From: Lytechinus pictus
Lineage: Eukaryota
DNA: 64,000 nucleotides
Direction: 5' to 3'
Assembly (NCBI RefSeq): GCF_037042905.1
Contig: NC_087250.1
Location: forward strand, 12,402,001-12,466,000
Shown: positions 1 to 12,208 of the stretch, in pieces
How the letters are laid out: each line of letters opens with the position of its first letter
Numbering within the stretch: position 1 is the stretch's first letter
Translations under genes and position numbers: made by a program
Notes under the pieces: model-generated
Database searches by the model: none
What the model was told of the DNA's origin: nothing
What the model saw: only the letters and a program-made list of their open reading frames with translations

Positions 1-41
1 CGTTCTGATTGCTGTTTATTTGGTTATTTTCTTTAATTCAG

Positions 42-183
42 TCAGCGACAGTCCCATTCCCCTATTGTCCGAAGAGCGCCCTCGCTCCGTCTGCAGAAGA
101 AGAGCCCGGAAGGAACGGCATTACCAGAGGGTTTCAAGGAACCACCTCTTCAAAGTTATTACACACAGCAGACCAGAGAACGC
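42..183 (+). CDS. WDR76: WDR76 internal exon (first in window; the gene starts upstream)
   Basis: ttcag acceptor, CGC|gtaggt donor. Reads QRQSHSPIVRRAPSLRLQKKSPEG..., resembling the RRSxRL motif that precedes the WD40 region. Phase 0 end matches the next exon. Confidence 0.75.
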
Positions 184-216
184 GTAGGTTTTTTTCATTT
201 TATATTTTTTATGTTA

Positions 217-323
217 TGCCAATAATTGGGCTAAAATAAGACCACATGTCCCTGTATCCCCCTCAGTGGCGTACCTAGGATTTTCCACAGGGGGGGCAAA
301 ATCGGTCGCCAAAAAATTTGACA

Positions 324-362
<39 letters not shown>

Positions 363-1390
363 TCCTCAAGAAACTCGTCAGGGGGGGCAGGTATATGTCT
401 TTTGTATGGGTTGTGACTCGTCAGGGGGGGCAGAGTGCCCCCCCTGCCCCCCCCCCCCCGTAGGTACGCTAGTGATCCCCCTTAACCCATGCACACACTA
501 ATTCTATTTGAATACTCATCCTAGTATTGGTCAATACAGGAGAGATTGCGCTCTGACCCTATCAAAAATGGAGGCCATGAATTTCAAGCAAGATCTTTTG
601 AAAAGAAGGGGGTATAGTATTTGTGAGAGAGTAGGAGCATACAGTGGTGCCTAATTTGGGCTGTAAAAGGAACACATTCCCCTGCCATGAATACGCCAAT
701 TCTATTTGAATACTCATTCCTTATTGGTCGATACAGGAGAGATTGCCCTCTGACCCGATCAGAAATGGGAGCCACGAATCTCAAGCAAGATCTTTTAAAA
801 AGAAGGAGGTACTTTAGTGGGGGTATGATGCCAATAATTGGTGCAAAAATAGGAGCACATGCCCCCTGTATCCCTCTTAATCCATGCATACTCTAATTCT
901 ATTTGAATACTCGATCTTAGTATTGGTTGATACAGGAGAGATTGCTCTCTGACCCGATCAAAAATAAAAATGGAGGCAACGAATCTCAAGCAAGATCTTT
1001 TGAAAAGGAGATTCTTTGGTGGGGGTTATGATGTCAATAATTGGTGCAATAATAGGAGCACATGCCCCCTGTATCCCTCTTAATCTGCACACACCCCAAT
1101 TCTATTTGAATACTCTATCTAAATTGTTTGATACAGGAGAGTTTACCCCCGACCCGATCCAAAAATGGAGGCCACAAATCTCAAGCAAGATGTTTTGAAA
1201 AGAAGGGGGTATATTATTTGTGAGAGAATAGGAGAATATGGCCAAATTTGGGGCTATAAAAAGAGCACCTGCCCCCTGTATCCCCCTTAATCAATGAATA
1301 CTCCAATTCTATTTGATGCTCAATCCTGATTGTTCGATACAGGAGAGGTTGCCCTCTGACCCAATCAAGATGGATGCCACGAACGTCAAG
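217..1390 (+). repeat. Tandem repeat of about 200 bp containing the WDR76 intron/exon junction
   Basis: atacag|GAGAG(A/G/T)TT junction copies, with exon-like sequence starting at 540, 737, 936, 1137 and the functional copy at 1343. Confidence 0.9.
264..474. mobile_element. hAT-type MITE
   Basis: Imperfect TIR CAGTGGCGTACCTA / TAGGTACGCTAGTG; 8-bp TSD ATCCCCCT at 256-263 and 475-482. A related 5' fragment lies near 19438. Confidence 0.85.
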
Positions 1391-1494
1391 AAAGAGGACA
1401 AGTCGGATGCTGGGGCCGACTTTGTGAAGGGGCTTGCTGCCCTCGCAAAGGGGAAAAAGACAAGCATCAAGGCTGATGACAGGGATATTGACAA
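1343..1494 (+). CDS. WDR76: WDR76 exon
   Basis: tacag|GAG...GAC AA|gtaagc. Reads ERLPSDPIKMDATNVKKEDK... Phase 0 in, phase 2 out, joining 2501 in frame. Confidence 0.8.
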
Positions 1495-2500
1495 GTAAGC
1501 TCTTATTTCTCTTTAACATTAAAGCCCACGGGCTGTATTCTGAGGTCATTTTATCTTTGAAATATTTTATTATATCTCTTGAAATGAAATTGGTATTCTG
1601 AGATGACATTTTATCTCTATATTTTATTTTATATAAATAAATGAATAAAAAAAAGGAAATCTCTTTGAAGAAGTGATAGCGAATATTGCAAGTGTATTTG
1701 AAGGAAAAGTTGACGCAATCTTACTCCTTTGCCACACCTCTTGGCGGAATGGATTTCTTTTGGTTGAGTGAGATGAGAGAGTTGTTAAAGCGCGTTTCTC
1801 ATTGGATATTGCTTAAAAAGTAGGTGTGTCTTACAGAGATAAAATGAAGATAACATTGTTCTCAGATACCAATTCGGAGAGATTTTTAAGGTATTTTCTC
1901 TCGCTGATTATTTTCGGAGATAAAATGGATCTCAGAATACCACACCAGCACACTCTATGCGATCAAATGAGACATATTTGTAATGAATTGCATTTTGCTT
2001 TAAATGTGAAGGTTTCTAGAAGTTAAATTTTTTCATTTTAAGTTCGGCATTATTTTAGGAATAATAAAATCATAATTTTGCTGTGCAGCAAGCCCTGTGG
2101 TCGGAGTTAAGTCCAAATAGGCTTCAAGTCGCAGCTGATGATGACGTCATTACGATTTGAAATTGAATTTGTTTTTATTCCTGTAGGGAGGCTCAAACTA
2201 GACTGAATTTTGAATTCAGTAATTCTTGCCACTATTTTAAACTCTGATCGCTAAGATTTTATTGGCTGGAATGTTCATGTCAGATGCTTTTACAATTTCT
2301 TTAAAATTTGGATCGCAACAAATTGCATATTGTGCGCCGGGCTTAAGATGTCAATAAAACCGGGGAAATAATATCCAATATCCAAATCCTTTGAAAGCGC
2401 ATAAAGACTTTATATGTGATATGTGTTGTACAAGAATTGTTTTTATTACTATTATTATTTTCCCACTGAATTCATCATTTTATCAATCTTTCTTTAACAG

Positions 2501-2654
2501 GTTTGCCACACAACTCCAGAAGATGAAGACGAAACCTCAATACGTCGCTAAGGTTGTCCCAGAGCGCATCTTCTCCGTCGTAGTTCACCCGTCCGTCGAC
2601 AAGACCATAGTAGCAGCTGGAGACAAGTGGGGAAAGATCGGTCTTTGGGACGTT
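2501..2654 (+). CDS. WDR76: WDR76 exon (WD40 repeat)
   Basis: taacag acceptor, GTT|gtaagt donor. Reads VAKVVPERIFSVVVHPSVDKTIVAAGDKWGKIGLWDV, typical of the first WD repeat of WDR76/Cmr1. Confidence 0.93.
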
Positions 2655-2764
2655 GTAAGTACATAGCCACTTTACTGTGTTTCATACCAAGTGGACGCAA
2701 GTTTCTTTTGTAATCATTAATTGTTATTGTTGCTGTTTTTTTCTTACATCAAGGATTATTCATT

Positions 2765-3115
2765 ATTGTTGTGGTCTAGTGTTTACGACTCTCATCTTTC
2801 AATCTGAGGGATGTGGGTTTCGATTCACAGCCATGGCGTGTTTTCTTTCAGCAAGAAATTAATCCACATTGTTCTGCACTCAACCCAGGTGAAAGGGTAC
2901 CTGGTAGGAAGACATTCCCTTAATGCTTCAGTGCTTATATGGCAGTACAGCTAAGCCGGGGTAATAATAGCAGCGCTTTGCATCCTCAGGCAACCCTATA
3001 TAAATCCAGTTATTATTATTATTATCATTGTTATTATCATTATTGTTATTATTATCATTATTGTTATTATTATCATTATTATTAATATTATTATTATGTT
3101 TATTATTATTATTAT
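2765..3115 (+). mobile_element. tRNA-derived SINE, degenerate, with (TTA)n tail
   Basis: A-box TGGTCTAGTG, degenerate B-box, and a CCACATTG...CCCAGGTG...GGGTACC core shared with 8036-8338. Confidence 0.75.
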
Positions 3116-3144
3116 CTATGGAAACCCTGTTTATCCCTTCCCAG

Positions 3145-3303
3145 AATTCCTCTAAAGGCGACGATGGGGTCTTCCTGTTTGCTCCTCATTCCAGACCCGT
3201 GAATTGTCTTCGGTTCGCACCCAACGATCCAAACAAACTCTATTCCGTCTCCTACGATGGGACAGTGCGGTGCGGAGACTTCGCTAATGCTGTGTTTGAT
3301 CAG
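3145..3303 (+). CDS. WDR76: WDR76 exon (WD40)
   Basis: cccag acceptor, CAG|gtacag donor. Reads DDGVFLFAPHSRPVNCLRFAPNDPNKLYSVSYDGTVRCGDF. Confidence 0.93.
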
Positions 3304-3390
3304 GTACAGTGTAGGGGTCTTTGGACCTTTTAATCTGGGTTGGGAGGAGTGGGGGGGGGGGATAAAGCCCAGGCGCGTATCCAGCATCCG

Positions 3391-3556
3391 GGGACCATTT
3401 CATGAAGTTGTCAGCACTGACAACTTGTCTCTCTCCGACAGTTACCAAGGTAACAGTCAGAGGTTAGTGCCTCTCAGCCAATCAATACCAAGGATTTCAC
3501 TGAAATTGTCAGCTCTGACAATTTAGTCAGCGCTGACAACTTTGATGAAACCTCCC
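3391..3556. mobile_element. MITE
   Basis: Inverted ends TTTCATGAAGTTGTCAGC / GCTGACAACTTTGATGAAA. Confidence 0.65.
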
Positions 3557-4378
3557 CTAGATCCTACAAAGCATTTCATGGGCCCAATTGTCTGGGGACA
3601 ATAATGACTGTACTATGCTTGTGCACGGGCCTATACATTTCTTTTTCAAAAGATAAAATTTATGTAAAGATTTGAGTATTTGATCGCTCTTGCTACGTTT
3701 GCTTAGATCTTCCAATGATCTATACCCAAAATGAGTCAATAGAAATAAAAGAATACTTTCCAATAATATTTTCAAATAATGAGCAAAATACAAGTTGTTC
3801 CAAGATCGGATCATGGACCAGTCAGTCGTAATGTGTGTCGAGGCTCTCATAAGAATCATTTGTTACACTGCAGTCACAGCCCTACACATTTGAACACAAT
3901 TTAAGTGCTTAGCGTCAGTACCTGCATTGCTTCATGGTTTTGTGAAGTAGTGATGCTACTGGCAAACGGCCCATTGCTTGCATACACCAACGCCAAGAAA
4001 GAAGGGAACACATTTTGAGGGCAACATCAGATTCGGACAAGCCACTTTAATGGATTGATTGCTTCAGGACTCTGTGCCCTAGACCACATCAACATCACTA
4101 ATCCTAATACAAAGCTGCCAACTAATATGTTTTAACGATATTTAGTAAGTTTTTTTTCATAATCCAAAGTGATAAAATATTATTTTCTCTTGCAAAATAT
4201 GTTTTTTGTTAAATTTGATTGGCATGCTTCATATTTATAATTTATCAATTTTAGTACTAAAATGTGTTTTTTCCTGCAAAATATGATTTTAATTATGGAT
4301 CAGTATGTTTTTTGGTTAACAGAGGTTGGCAGCTCTGCTAATATGACTCTTAGAACTCCATCTCTTTTCTATGTTCAG

Positions 4379-4503
4379 GTATATGTAGCAGACGACGATG
4401 AAGTCATGTGGACAAGTTACTTTGACTTTTTGTCGGAAACCTCGCTTCTTGTTACATCGAATGATAGGACTGGAAATGTAGCAGTAGTTGACACTAGAAC
4501 AAG
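4379..4503 (+). CDS. WDR76: WDR76 exon
   Basis: ttcag acceptor, AG|gtaaac donor. Reads VYVADDDEVMWTSYFDFLSETSLLVTSNDRTGNVAVVDTR; phases consistent. Confidence 0.88.
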
Positions 4504-4713
4504 GTAAACAGCCATCTTAAAAAGGCACACTTTCCTTAGTTTTTATATAAATTTTTGCATGATAGATCATTATCACCCATATAATATACCAAGCAGTACT
4601 GATTTTCTGTATTTAGTCCTGAAAATAAGAAGAATACTGATGGTTTCATGCTAAATGCTGATTTCTAAAGTTTCAGTTTTGTATGTTAGCCTTTGGTATA
4701 TTTCTTTAAATAC

Positions 4714-4897
4714 TGGGGACTGTTTCAGAAAGCTGTTTGTAAGTTAAGAGCAACTTTAAGAACAACTGGTGATCGTTTTTTTTGTGGTAAATGATATTCA
4801 CCAATAAATGTTCATTGGTGATTATTTAGCACGTAAGAAAGGATCACCAGTCGTTCTTTAAGTCGCTCTTTCAACCAGCTTTATGAAATACCCACCT
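4714..4897. mobile_element. MITE; second copy at about 36468-36638
   Basis: tgtttca.aaagctg / cagctttatgaaa inverted ends, with a homologous internal sequence at 36.5 kb. Confidence 0.65.
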
Positions 4898-4922
4898 GAT
4901 TTTTAGCTTGTTTTCTTATTAA

Positions 4923-5361
4923 AGGGGCCTGCCATTGACAAATCATGGGGAAATTTAATCAATACGAAATTTCCAAAAGGCCAATTGACTTGCATAATAT
5001 AATCCATCCGTCATGAGAGCCTGTCGGACTAATGTGATCAAAGTTCGGATAGCACATATTAGACCGAACTTGTGATAGTATTCACTTAGGGTCGTCGCAG
5101 TTCTAGTTTCCAACAATCACAATTCCTAGACTCTTAGTAGGTCTCTTGATTGCTAAACAAAAATAAATAACCTCTGTGAAGTTACATGTTTCAAAGTGAA
5201 AACATGCAGTTTACTTCTGGTTGATTAGTTTGCTCTTCTCCCAGACATGCCGGCGTCTATTACATAACACCCTAGGCATGCAGCCGAGTGAAAGGCTTGA
5301 ATCCCTTCTCTGTTCTGAGATTAGCCTTGATTCCCCCATGATTTGTCAATGTAAGGTCGCT
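4923..5361. mobile_element. TTAA-flanked non-autonomous DNA transposon
   Basis: TIR core CATTGACAAATCATGGGG / CCCCATGATTTGTCAATG; TTAA on both sides. Confidence 0.75.
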
Positions 5362-5450
5362 TTAAGGTGACTGCTCTGAGGAATACTTATATCTAACTGA
5401 CCCTTGATCTTCATTCTTGGGCCTGTATTCTGAAGTTGGGTTTAACTTAA

Positions 5451-6053
5451 AGGACAAGTCCACCCCAACAAAAAGTTGATTTGAATAAAAAGAGAAAAAT
5501 CCAACAAACATAACACTGAAAATTTCATCAAAATCGGATGTAAAATAAGAAAGTTATGATATTTTAAAGTTTCGCTTAATTTCACAAAACAGTTATATGC
5601 ACATCCTGGTCGGTATGCAAATGAGGAGACTGATGACATCATCCACTCACTATTACTTTTGTATTTTATTATGTGAAATATGAAATATTCGAATTTTCTC
5701 CTCATTGTCAAGTGAAACAACGATTAATTGGGCCCTGAACATGTGGAATTAACATTGTTTAATACTATATGGCTGAGTCAAGTTGGTCCTTATCGTTGAA
5801 TCTGTAAAAAATGAGATATTGTATAATTCAAACAATAAAAAACAAAAGAAATAGTGAGTGAGGGACATCATCGACTGTCTCATTTGCATGCAACTGAGTT
5901 GTGCATATCACTGTTTTGTGAAAAATAAGTGGAACTTAAAAATGTCATAACTTTCTTATTTTACATCCGATTTTGATGAAATTTTCAGCGTTATGTTTGT
6001 TGGATTTTTCTCTTTTTATTCAAATCAACTTTTTTTTGGGGTGTACTTGTCCT
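5451..6053. mobile_element. TTAA-flanked long-TIR element (Kolobok-like AGG termini), family 1
   Basis: TTAA|AGGACAAGTCCACCCC...GGGGTGTACTTGTCCT|TTAA with TIRs over 100 bp. Full copy at 23532-24124; fragments near 7067 and 10875. Confidence 0.88.
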
Positions 6054-6263
6054 TTAAGTTAAACCCGACTTCAGAATACAGGCCCAAGAATGAAGATCAA
6101 GGGTCAGTTAGATATAAGTATTCCTCAGATTGTCTGATTGTCTTCACCATCGATGAATCAGGAAAGAGCACAGTCAACATAAGAATCATACAAGTTAATA
6201 AAAAGTTTGACACTTTCGGCTTCCCATGACTTTGGAGCAAAGTTAGACCATGGTCTAAGTTAA

Positions 6264-6849
6264 AGGAAAATGAAACCTTTGAACAAAGATAGCTTGTGTG
6301 AAAACAGAAAAAAAACACCAGAATGAGATCAACAAAAGTTTGAGAAAAATCAGACAAATAATGAAAAAGTTATGAGCATTTGAATATTGTGATCACTAAT
6401 GCTATGGAGATCCTCACATTGACAATGCGACAAAGATGTGTGATGTCACATGTGAACAACTCTCCCCATTACTTAAGTATATATTTCACTAAAACTGTCT
6501 CTTATCACATCTATCAGTAGATCATGTGTACTTTCTATAGGAGAGCATGTAATACAGATTTTTAAAGAATACATCATGGATAAAGAGTTTGTATCACCAT
6601 AAGAAAAAGTGAAGAGAGACATTTTGGGGGTATTTTATAGTCCATCAAAGGGAAAGTTGTTCACATGTGACATTACACATCCTTGTCGCATTGCCAACGG
6701 GAGGATCTCCATGGCATTAGTGATTGCAATATTCAAATGCTCTTAACTTTCTCACTATTTGTCCGATTTTTCTCAAACTTTCTTTATTCTTATTCTTTGA
6801 TTTTTCTGTTCTGACACAAGCCTACTTGTTCCAAAGGTTTCATTCCCCT
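6264..6849. mobile_element. TTAA-flanked long-TIR element, family 2
   Basis: TTAA|AGGAAAATGAAACCTTT...AAAGGTTTCATTCCCCT|TTAA; long inverted arms. Confidence 0.85.
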
Positions 6850-6930
6850 TTAAACCTGAGTTCAGAATACGGGTCTATGTGTATTGGATGAGCATTACTA
6901 TTTTTGTTTGTTTTTGTTCATGTCTTTCAG

Positions 6931-7035
6931 CAACAAGAGCGGTGAGACGGTGTACAAGGCACACCCTCGGTATATCAAAACTCTCTCCGTCCATCCCACC
7001 ATGCCTCACTACTTTGTCACTTGCTCCAGTGACTG
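6931..7035 (+). CDS. WDR76: WDR76 exon (WD40)
   Basis: tttcag acceptor, TG|gtgagt donor. Reads YKAHPRYIKTLSVHPTMPHYFVTCSSD. Confidence 0.9.
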
Positions 7036-7404
7036 GTGAGTATAAATACTTTGGATTGTTTATTTAAAGTACAAGTCCACCCCAGCAAGAAGTTACTTTG
7101 AATAAAAAGATACAAATCCAACAAACATGGCACAGAAAATTTTATCAAAATCGGATGTAAAATAAGAAAGTTATGACATATAACATTTGCTAATTTCACA
7201 AAACAGATATATTCATATCCTGTACTGGCCGCACAGAAATAAATGTTTGATCTGTTCACTAACAGTGCCAAGGGGACCGATAGTGACAATGTTTGTGAAT
7301 ATCTCTTGCGTGTCTTGCGTAAAACTTGTCTCCTTCTTATATCAAGTGTTTGAAATAAACCTTGATCCAATTAAAAGGGTACTCCAGGCCGGGGCAGGGT
7401 TTAA

Positions 7405-7782
7405 AGGTATTGTTTAACTTTGTGAGCAGCCGATTTAAAAAATTCTCAAACCAAGATGAAACATGTGTACAAGTGCATGTATAAGAACTAATAAACCCTG
7501 AAAACAACCATTATTGAGAATAAAAAACTAAAACTACAAGGCAAACCCCGATTTTGTAAATTGGCGTCTTACAGACGCCTAAATAGTACACATAAGTGTA
7601 TGGGATGAAATTAAGATGGTGTTTTCGGTCACTTTATATTTCAATTTTTGAAGCACTAAATAATTATTTTCGAACGCAATTTTTTCTGGGCTTCATTTTT
7701 GTAACATATCACAGACACAGGTGACAAGTGTGACCTTCTAGCTCAGATTTTTTAAAAGTCAAACCAACGTTAACCAATCACT
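7405..7782. mobile_element. TTAA-flanked short-TIR element
   Basis: TTAA|AGGTATTGTTTAAC...GTTAACCAATCACT|TTAA. Confidence 0.6.
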
Positions 7783-7816
7783 TTAATGAAAATGAATTAT
7801 TCTCTTATATTTACAG

Positions 7817-7969
7817 CACGGCCCAACTATGGGACCTCCGCAGCATGAAGGAGAGCGGGAGCAGCAAGTCCGTCGCAGTGATGCCGCACAGCAAGAGCGT
7901 CAACTCCGCATTCTTCTCACCGATCAACGGATCAAAGATACTCACCACCTCCCATGACGATAAGATCAG
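7817..7969 (+). CDS. WDR76: WDR76 exon (WD40)
   Basis: ttacag acceptor, AG|gtaagg donor. Reads TAQLWDLRSM...HSKSVNSAFFSPINGSKILTTSHDDKI. Confidence 0.93.
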
Positions 7970-8035
7970 GTAAGGGGGATTCGTGTCAGAGGGAAAAGAA
8001 GTTTTACCTTAATGAGGGAAAAGTCATTCAGGGGC

Positions 8036-8338
8036 TTAATAATGATGATAATAATAACGGCATATTTACCCAGGGTAACCACTTCAGTTCCGAAAACTGT
8101 TCTCCCAGCGGGCCCTGTTATTATTATTACCCCGGCTTTAGCACGGCTACCTTGATCGGGCGCTCGAGCATTCGAGGAATTTCTTCCTACCGGGTACCCA
8201 TTCACCTCACCTGGGTCGAGTGCGGCACAATGTGGATAAATTTCTTGCCGAAGGAAATTTATGCCATGGCTGGGATTCGAACCCACGACCCTCTGTTTCA
8301 AAGTCCGGAGACTAATCCACTGGGCCACAGCGCTCCAC
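8036..8338 (-). mobile_element. tRNA-derived SINE, near intact
   Basis: On the minus strand: A-box TGGCCCAGTGG, B-box GGTTCGAATCC, shared core, LINE-like 3' tail and (TTA)n end. Confidence 0.88.
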
Positions 8339-9144
8339 TTGGCTTGGTGCAATTTAGCGCCTGAAACAGTCAAAAGAGCACTGGAATGTAATCAAGGGAG
8401 AGCGCTGGAAATCGCCATTCATGGCAGTGGTGAAGTTTAGCCAGTGTTGCAGATTTAGGCAATGAGTTGTGAAAGGGTACCCCTGAAAATAAAAATATAA
8501 ACATAATTTTTGCTTGACCCAAATGATGGTAGAAAATTCAATCTACCCTGTTTACATAGCTAAATTTGACTGAATCTGTTGTTTTTATGTCAATTATTTC
8601 ATTTGAGGCATGGAATGACCATATTAACGATTTGTATGATGGAAGGAAGTGAAACTTTTACCCCTTTCCATGCATGGGGGGAATGCTGACTTAATAGGTA
8701 ATCATGTAAAACCTGCCGCAAACTACACAATCCGATATGACACGATAATTCAACACACTTTGAAGAATTAAAAAAAATTTGGAGCTCAGTATAATGCTAT
8801 AGTAAGAATTATGCCTTTTTTCAAGCCTTGGGATTTGATTTAAAACCATATCAGCTTCAAGTCACAGCCGATGATGTCAGCATTATGATTTGAAATTGAA
8901 TTTGATTTTGTTCCTACAGGGAGGCTCTAACGCCTCTGAGTAGACTGGCATTTCGATTTCAGTATTCATACCACTATTCTGAACTTTGATCTTTATTATC
9001 GGTTGGAATGTGTCATATTGAATGCTACTATATTTTTTTGGAGAAGCGGATCAGGACAGATCATGAATAATCGGGGTTGAAATTGCATATGGTAGACCAC
9101 CAAATTAATTTTTTTTTCAAAACAAAGTGAACTTATACCCTTAA

Positions 9145-9739
9145 AGGGATGGTCCAGTCTAGAGATATTTCTATCTCAATAAAAAGAGTAAAATTCACAA
9201 AGCAAAATGCTGAAAATTTAATCAAAAGCGGATAACAAATAAAGTTATTGAATTTTTAAGATTTGCATTATTCTGGTGAAACAGTTCTAGGCATGTCTTT
9301 ATGAATATTCATTAGATTGGCTGATGATGTCATATCCCCACTTCTTTTGTTTTTTATTATATGAAATAACGTTTATTGAAAAATGTTCTCCCAAAACAAA
9401 AAAAATGGATTGACAACTGATTAAGTGCATTAGTTATGTATTGCCGCAACTTATTTCATCATAATGGAGACACATCACTTATACATGTATCAAAAAATTA
9501 AAAAATTTAGGATTTCATGTAACAACATAAGAAAAGGGAAAGTGGGGATGTGACATCATCAGCGCACCTAATGAATATTCATGACGATGTGCATATAACT
9601 GTTTTCAGAAAATATTGATTAACCTTAAAATTCAATAACTGTTATTTGTTATCCGATTTTGATGAAATTTTCAGCATTTTGCTCTGTGAATGTTACTCTA
9701 TTTATTTAGATATAAATATTTTCAGCCCGGACCATCCCT
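9145..9739. mobile_element. TTAA-flanked long-TIR element, family 3
   Basis: TTAA|AGGGATGGTCC...GGACCATCCCT|TTAA; long inverted arms. Confidence 0.85.
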
Positions 9740-9743
9740 TTAA

Positions 9744-10675
9744 GGACGTTCCACAGTTAAAGTGAAATCCATGTCATTTTCACCAAACTTTGCACATAGA
9801 TACTTTAGAACCTTAATATTCGAAATATGCAAAAATTAACATAGGTCCATGTGCTTGATTTTTTGCTATAGAGCTTCAAAGTTCACCCAAATTGATGTTT
9901 TTAAGAATTGCGCATTCAAAAGAATTTTGCATTTTTAGACCGCCCAAGATTGAATGAGTTTAAACCTCTATTACTCAGTCAAAATACATGAAAAAGTCAT
10001 CAAATTTCGCAAGAGAGTTAATAATTGTATCGTTAAAATGGAGAATATATTTATAGTGCTATGTGTTTGCAATTTTAAGTTTAACAGCACTGTCAGTTCT
10101 TAAAAATGGCGTAAAAGATAACAAAATCCCAATCTAAAAAATGTAAAATTTCAGTAACAAACTACAAACGTACAATAAATGCTGCACTTTATTCAAAATC
10201 CATGTCATTTTCACCAAAATTTGCAGAGTTGTAGAAGAAGGTATACCTAAGAGGTACAAACATTAAAAAATAGGGGTTCATGTGCTTGTTTTTAAACTAT
10301 CACAATTTTTATTCGAGCAAATGTGCTTTTTAAAACACCAAAAATGCGCCGAATGCTTAGTATCTATGTGAAGAAAAAATCAAAACCACTCTACCATTTA
10401 TTCAAACTCGGGTTAATATTCGTGATTCTTGGCAGCACTGCAGAGTAAAGTATTTTGAAATTGTAGAGAATATTTTTTTGAATGGTCCATGGAATAATTC
10501 AATTTTTTATCTTCATGAAATAGCGCATCGGATCTGCAGTTAAAGTGCAGAAGTTGAGAAAAATCAGCTCATACCCGCAGCTAATTAATCACCTGTTCAT
10601 CCATTGTGACGTCAGCGCGCAGAGTGTAAATTATGCGCAGATCATAATGCGCACAAACATAACTGTGGAACGTCC
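9744..10675. mobile_element. TTAA-flanked element with 16-bp TIR
   Basis: TTAA|GGACGTTCCACAGTTA...TAACTGTGGAACGTCC|TTAA. Confidence 0.85.
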
Positions 10676-10749
10676 TTAAACTCTGCCAATAGGACTTGAA
10701 GTCCATGTTATGTAATTTAATTGATTGTATTTTTGTTGTTGTTTTACAG

Positions 10750-10815
10750 CATCTTCAATACTGAGAGCGCTAAGACTGGGCAACTGAAAGGAGTTCAACG
10801 GACTCTATGGATGAG
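10750..10815 (+). CDS. WDR76: WDR76 exon
   Basis: ttacag acceptor, AG|gtaaga donor. Reads IFNTESAKTGQLKGVQRTLWM; phase 2-2 bridges the flanking exons. Confidence 0.82.
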
Positions 10816-12208
10816 GTAAGATTATTGGCGATTTCTTGATTTGTAAACTACTACCCATTTGGTACACATTTAAAAGCCAAGTCCACCCCTAGAAAAAAGT
10901 TTATTCAAATGAATAGGGGGAAAAAAATCAGACATGCATATTGCTGAAAATTTCATCAAAATTGGTTGCATAATTACAGACGTTTTAAAGTTTTGCTCAA
11001 CTTTAGAAAAGGGAACCGATGACAGCACCTGTTTACAAATCCGTTTTATTTTATTATAGGAAATGTGAAATCTTATTTTTTACCCCTCTTTTTCATGTGA
11101 AATGAGGGTTGATTCTTACCTGAATATATGAAATTGTCATTTTTGTAACTTTTTCTGATTCAATAAAGTACTTCAATATTGGCAAATAAAAAAAATAAAA
11201 AAAGGGAATGTTCTAGCATTCATTTAAAACATTAAAGATAAATGCCAGTAGTGGTAACGGCCTCCAAATGAGTTCAAACAGACTCCAATGAAATTACCAC
11301 CCAAGAGTTTGTATGTACAAATAAGAAAATATGTGCCAAATGGCTCTGGAAAAAAAATGTGTAACTGCTGAGAAATGAGCAAAATAAGCACAGAATTCCA
11401 TGAAAATGTCGGGTATTTTTCAAGCAATATTAATGCACTGTCCAACATATGCCTTTTGTGTTGGTTATCAAAATTATCGGTTTTCAGGTAAGATTTCATG
11501 ATTTCACAAAGATGAGTTTTAATGTACCAGATCTAGATCTTTGATGATATGGTGGTAATTAACCTTGATTTTAAACGCTTTCTCATTAAATAATTGCTGC
11601 AATTACTTTCTTTTACCTTAAATAAAATTAGAAAGTCATCTTTAATGAAATTGTGAGATATGATTGCTCATTGTTGATGAGCAATCTTAAGCACTATGGG
11701 AAAAGACAAAGCCACGTCTTTTCTGCAGGAATCTTGCAAGCAGCTTTTCATTCAAAATAACCACAGCCACCAAAGACAAAACAATGGGGACTGCAATGAA
11801 AAAAGACATCCTTAAACTTTACAGGCATGATATTCTCTGAAAAATAAAATCTGTAAAGTAGCTAAGTTCCTGCCGAAGTCCGAGACGCCCCAGTCGGGGT
11901 TACAAGCTCTTGCATAGTAAAGGAATTAAAGTGATTTTTCAAGGTGAGTCTGCATGATAGCTTTATTATTTGACTTAAAAAAGCAGTAAAAACAGCATGA
12001 AAATTTTCTTCGTTAAAAGATATTATGTGTAAAAAAATAAAAAAATAAAACAAATATAAAAAATATCGAAAAAAATTCTGAAAAAAAATTCAGAATTCTG
12101 ATTTTAATCAGGAGAACATCATGCCTGCAAAGTGGGATCTAGCGATTAAGATGTGGTACAGACCTTTGACAAGTTTCATTATCATGTAGATTGTTATTGC
12201 CTTTTTAG

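Noticed and set aside
8265..8338. tRNA gene
   Set aside because: The A/B boxes continue into a SINE core and tail found at three loci, and there is no clean acceptor stem.
7954..8373. Overlapping 135-136 aa ORFs
   Set aside because: They lie across a splice donor and a SINE; chance open frames.
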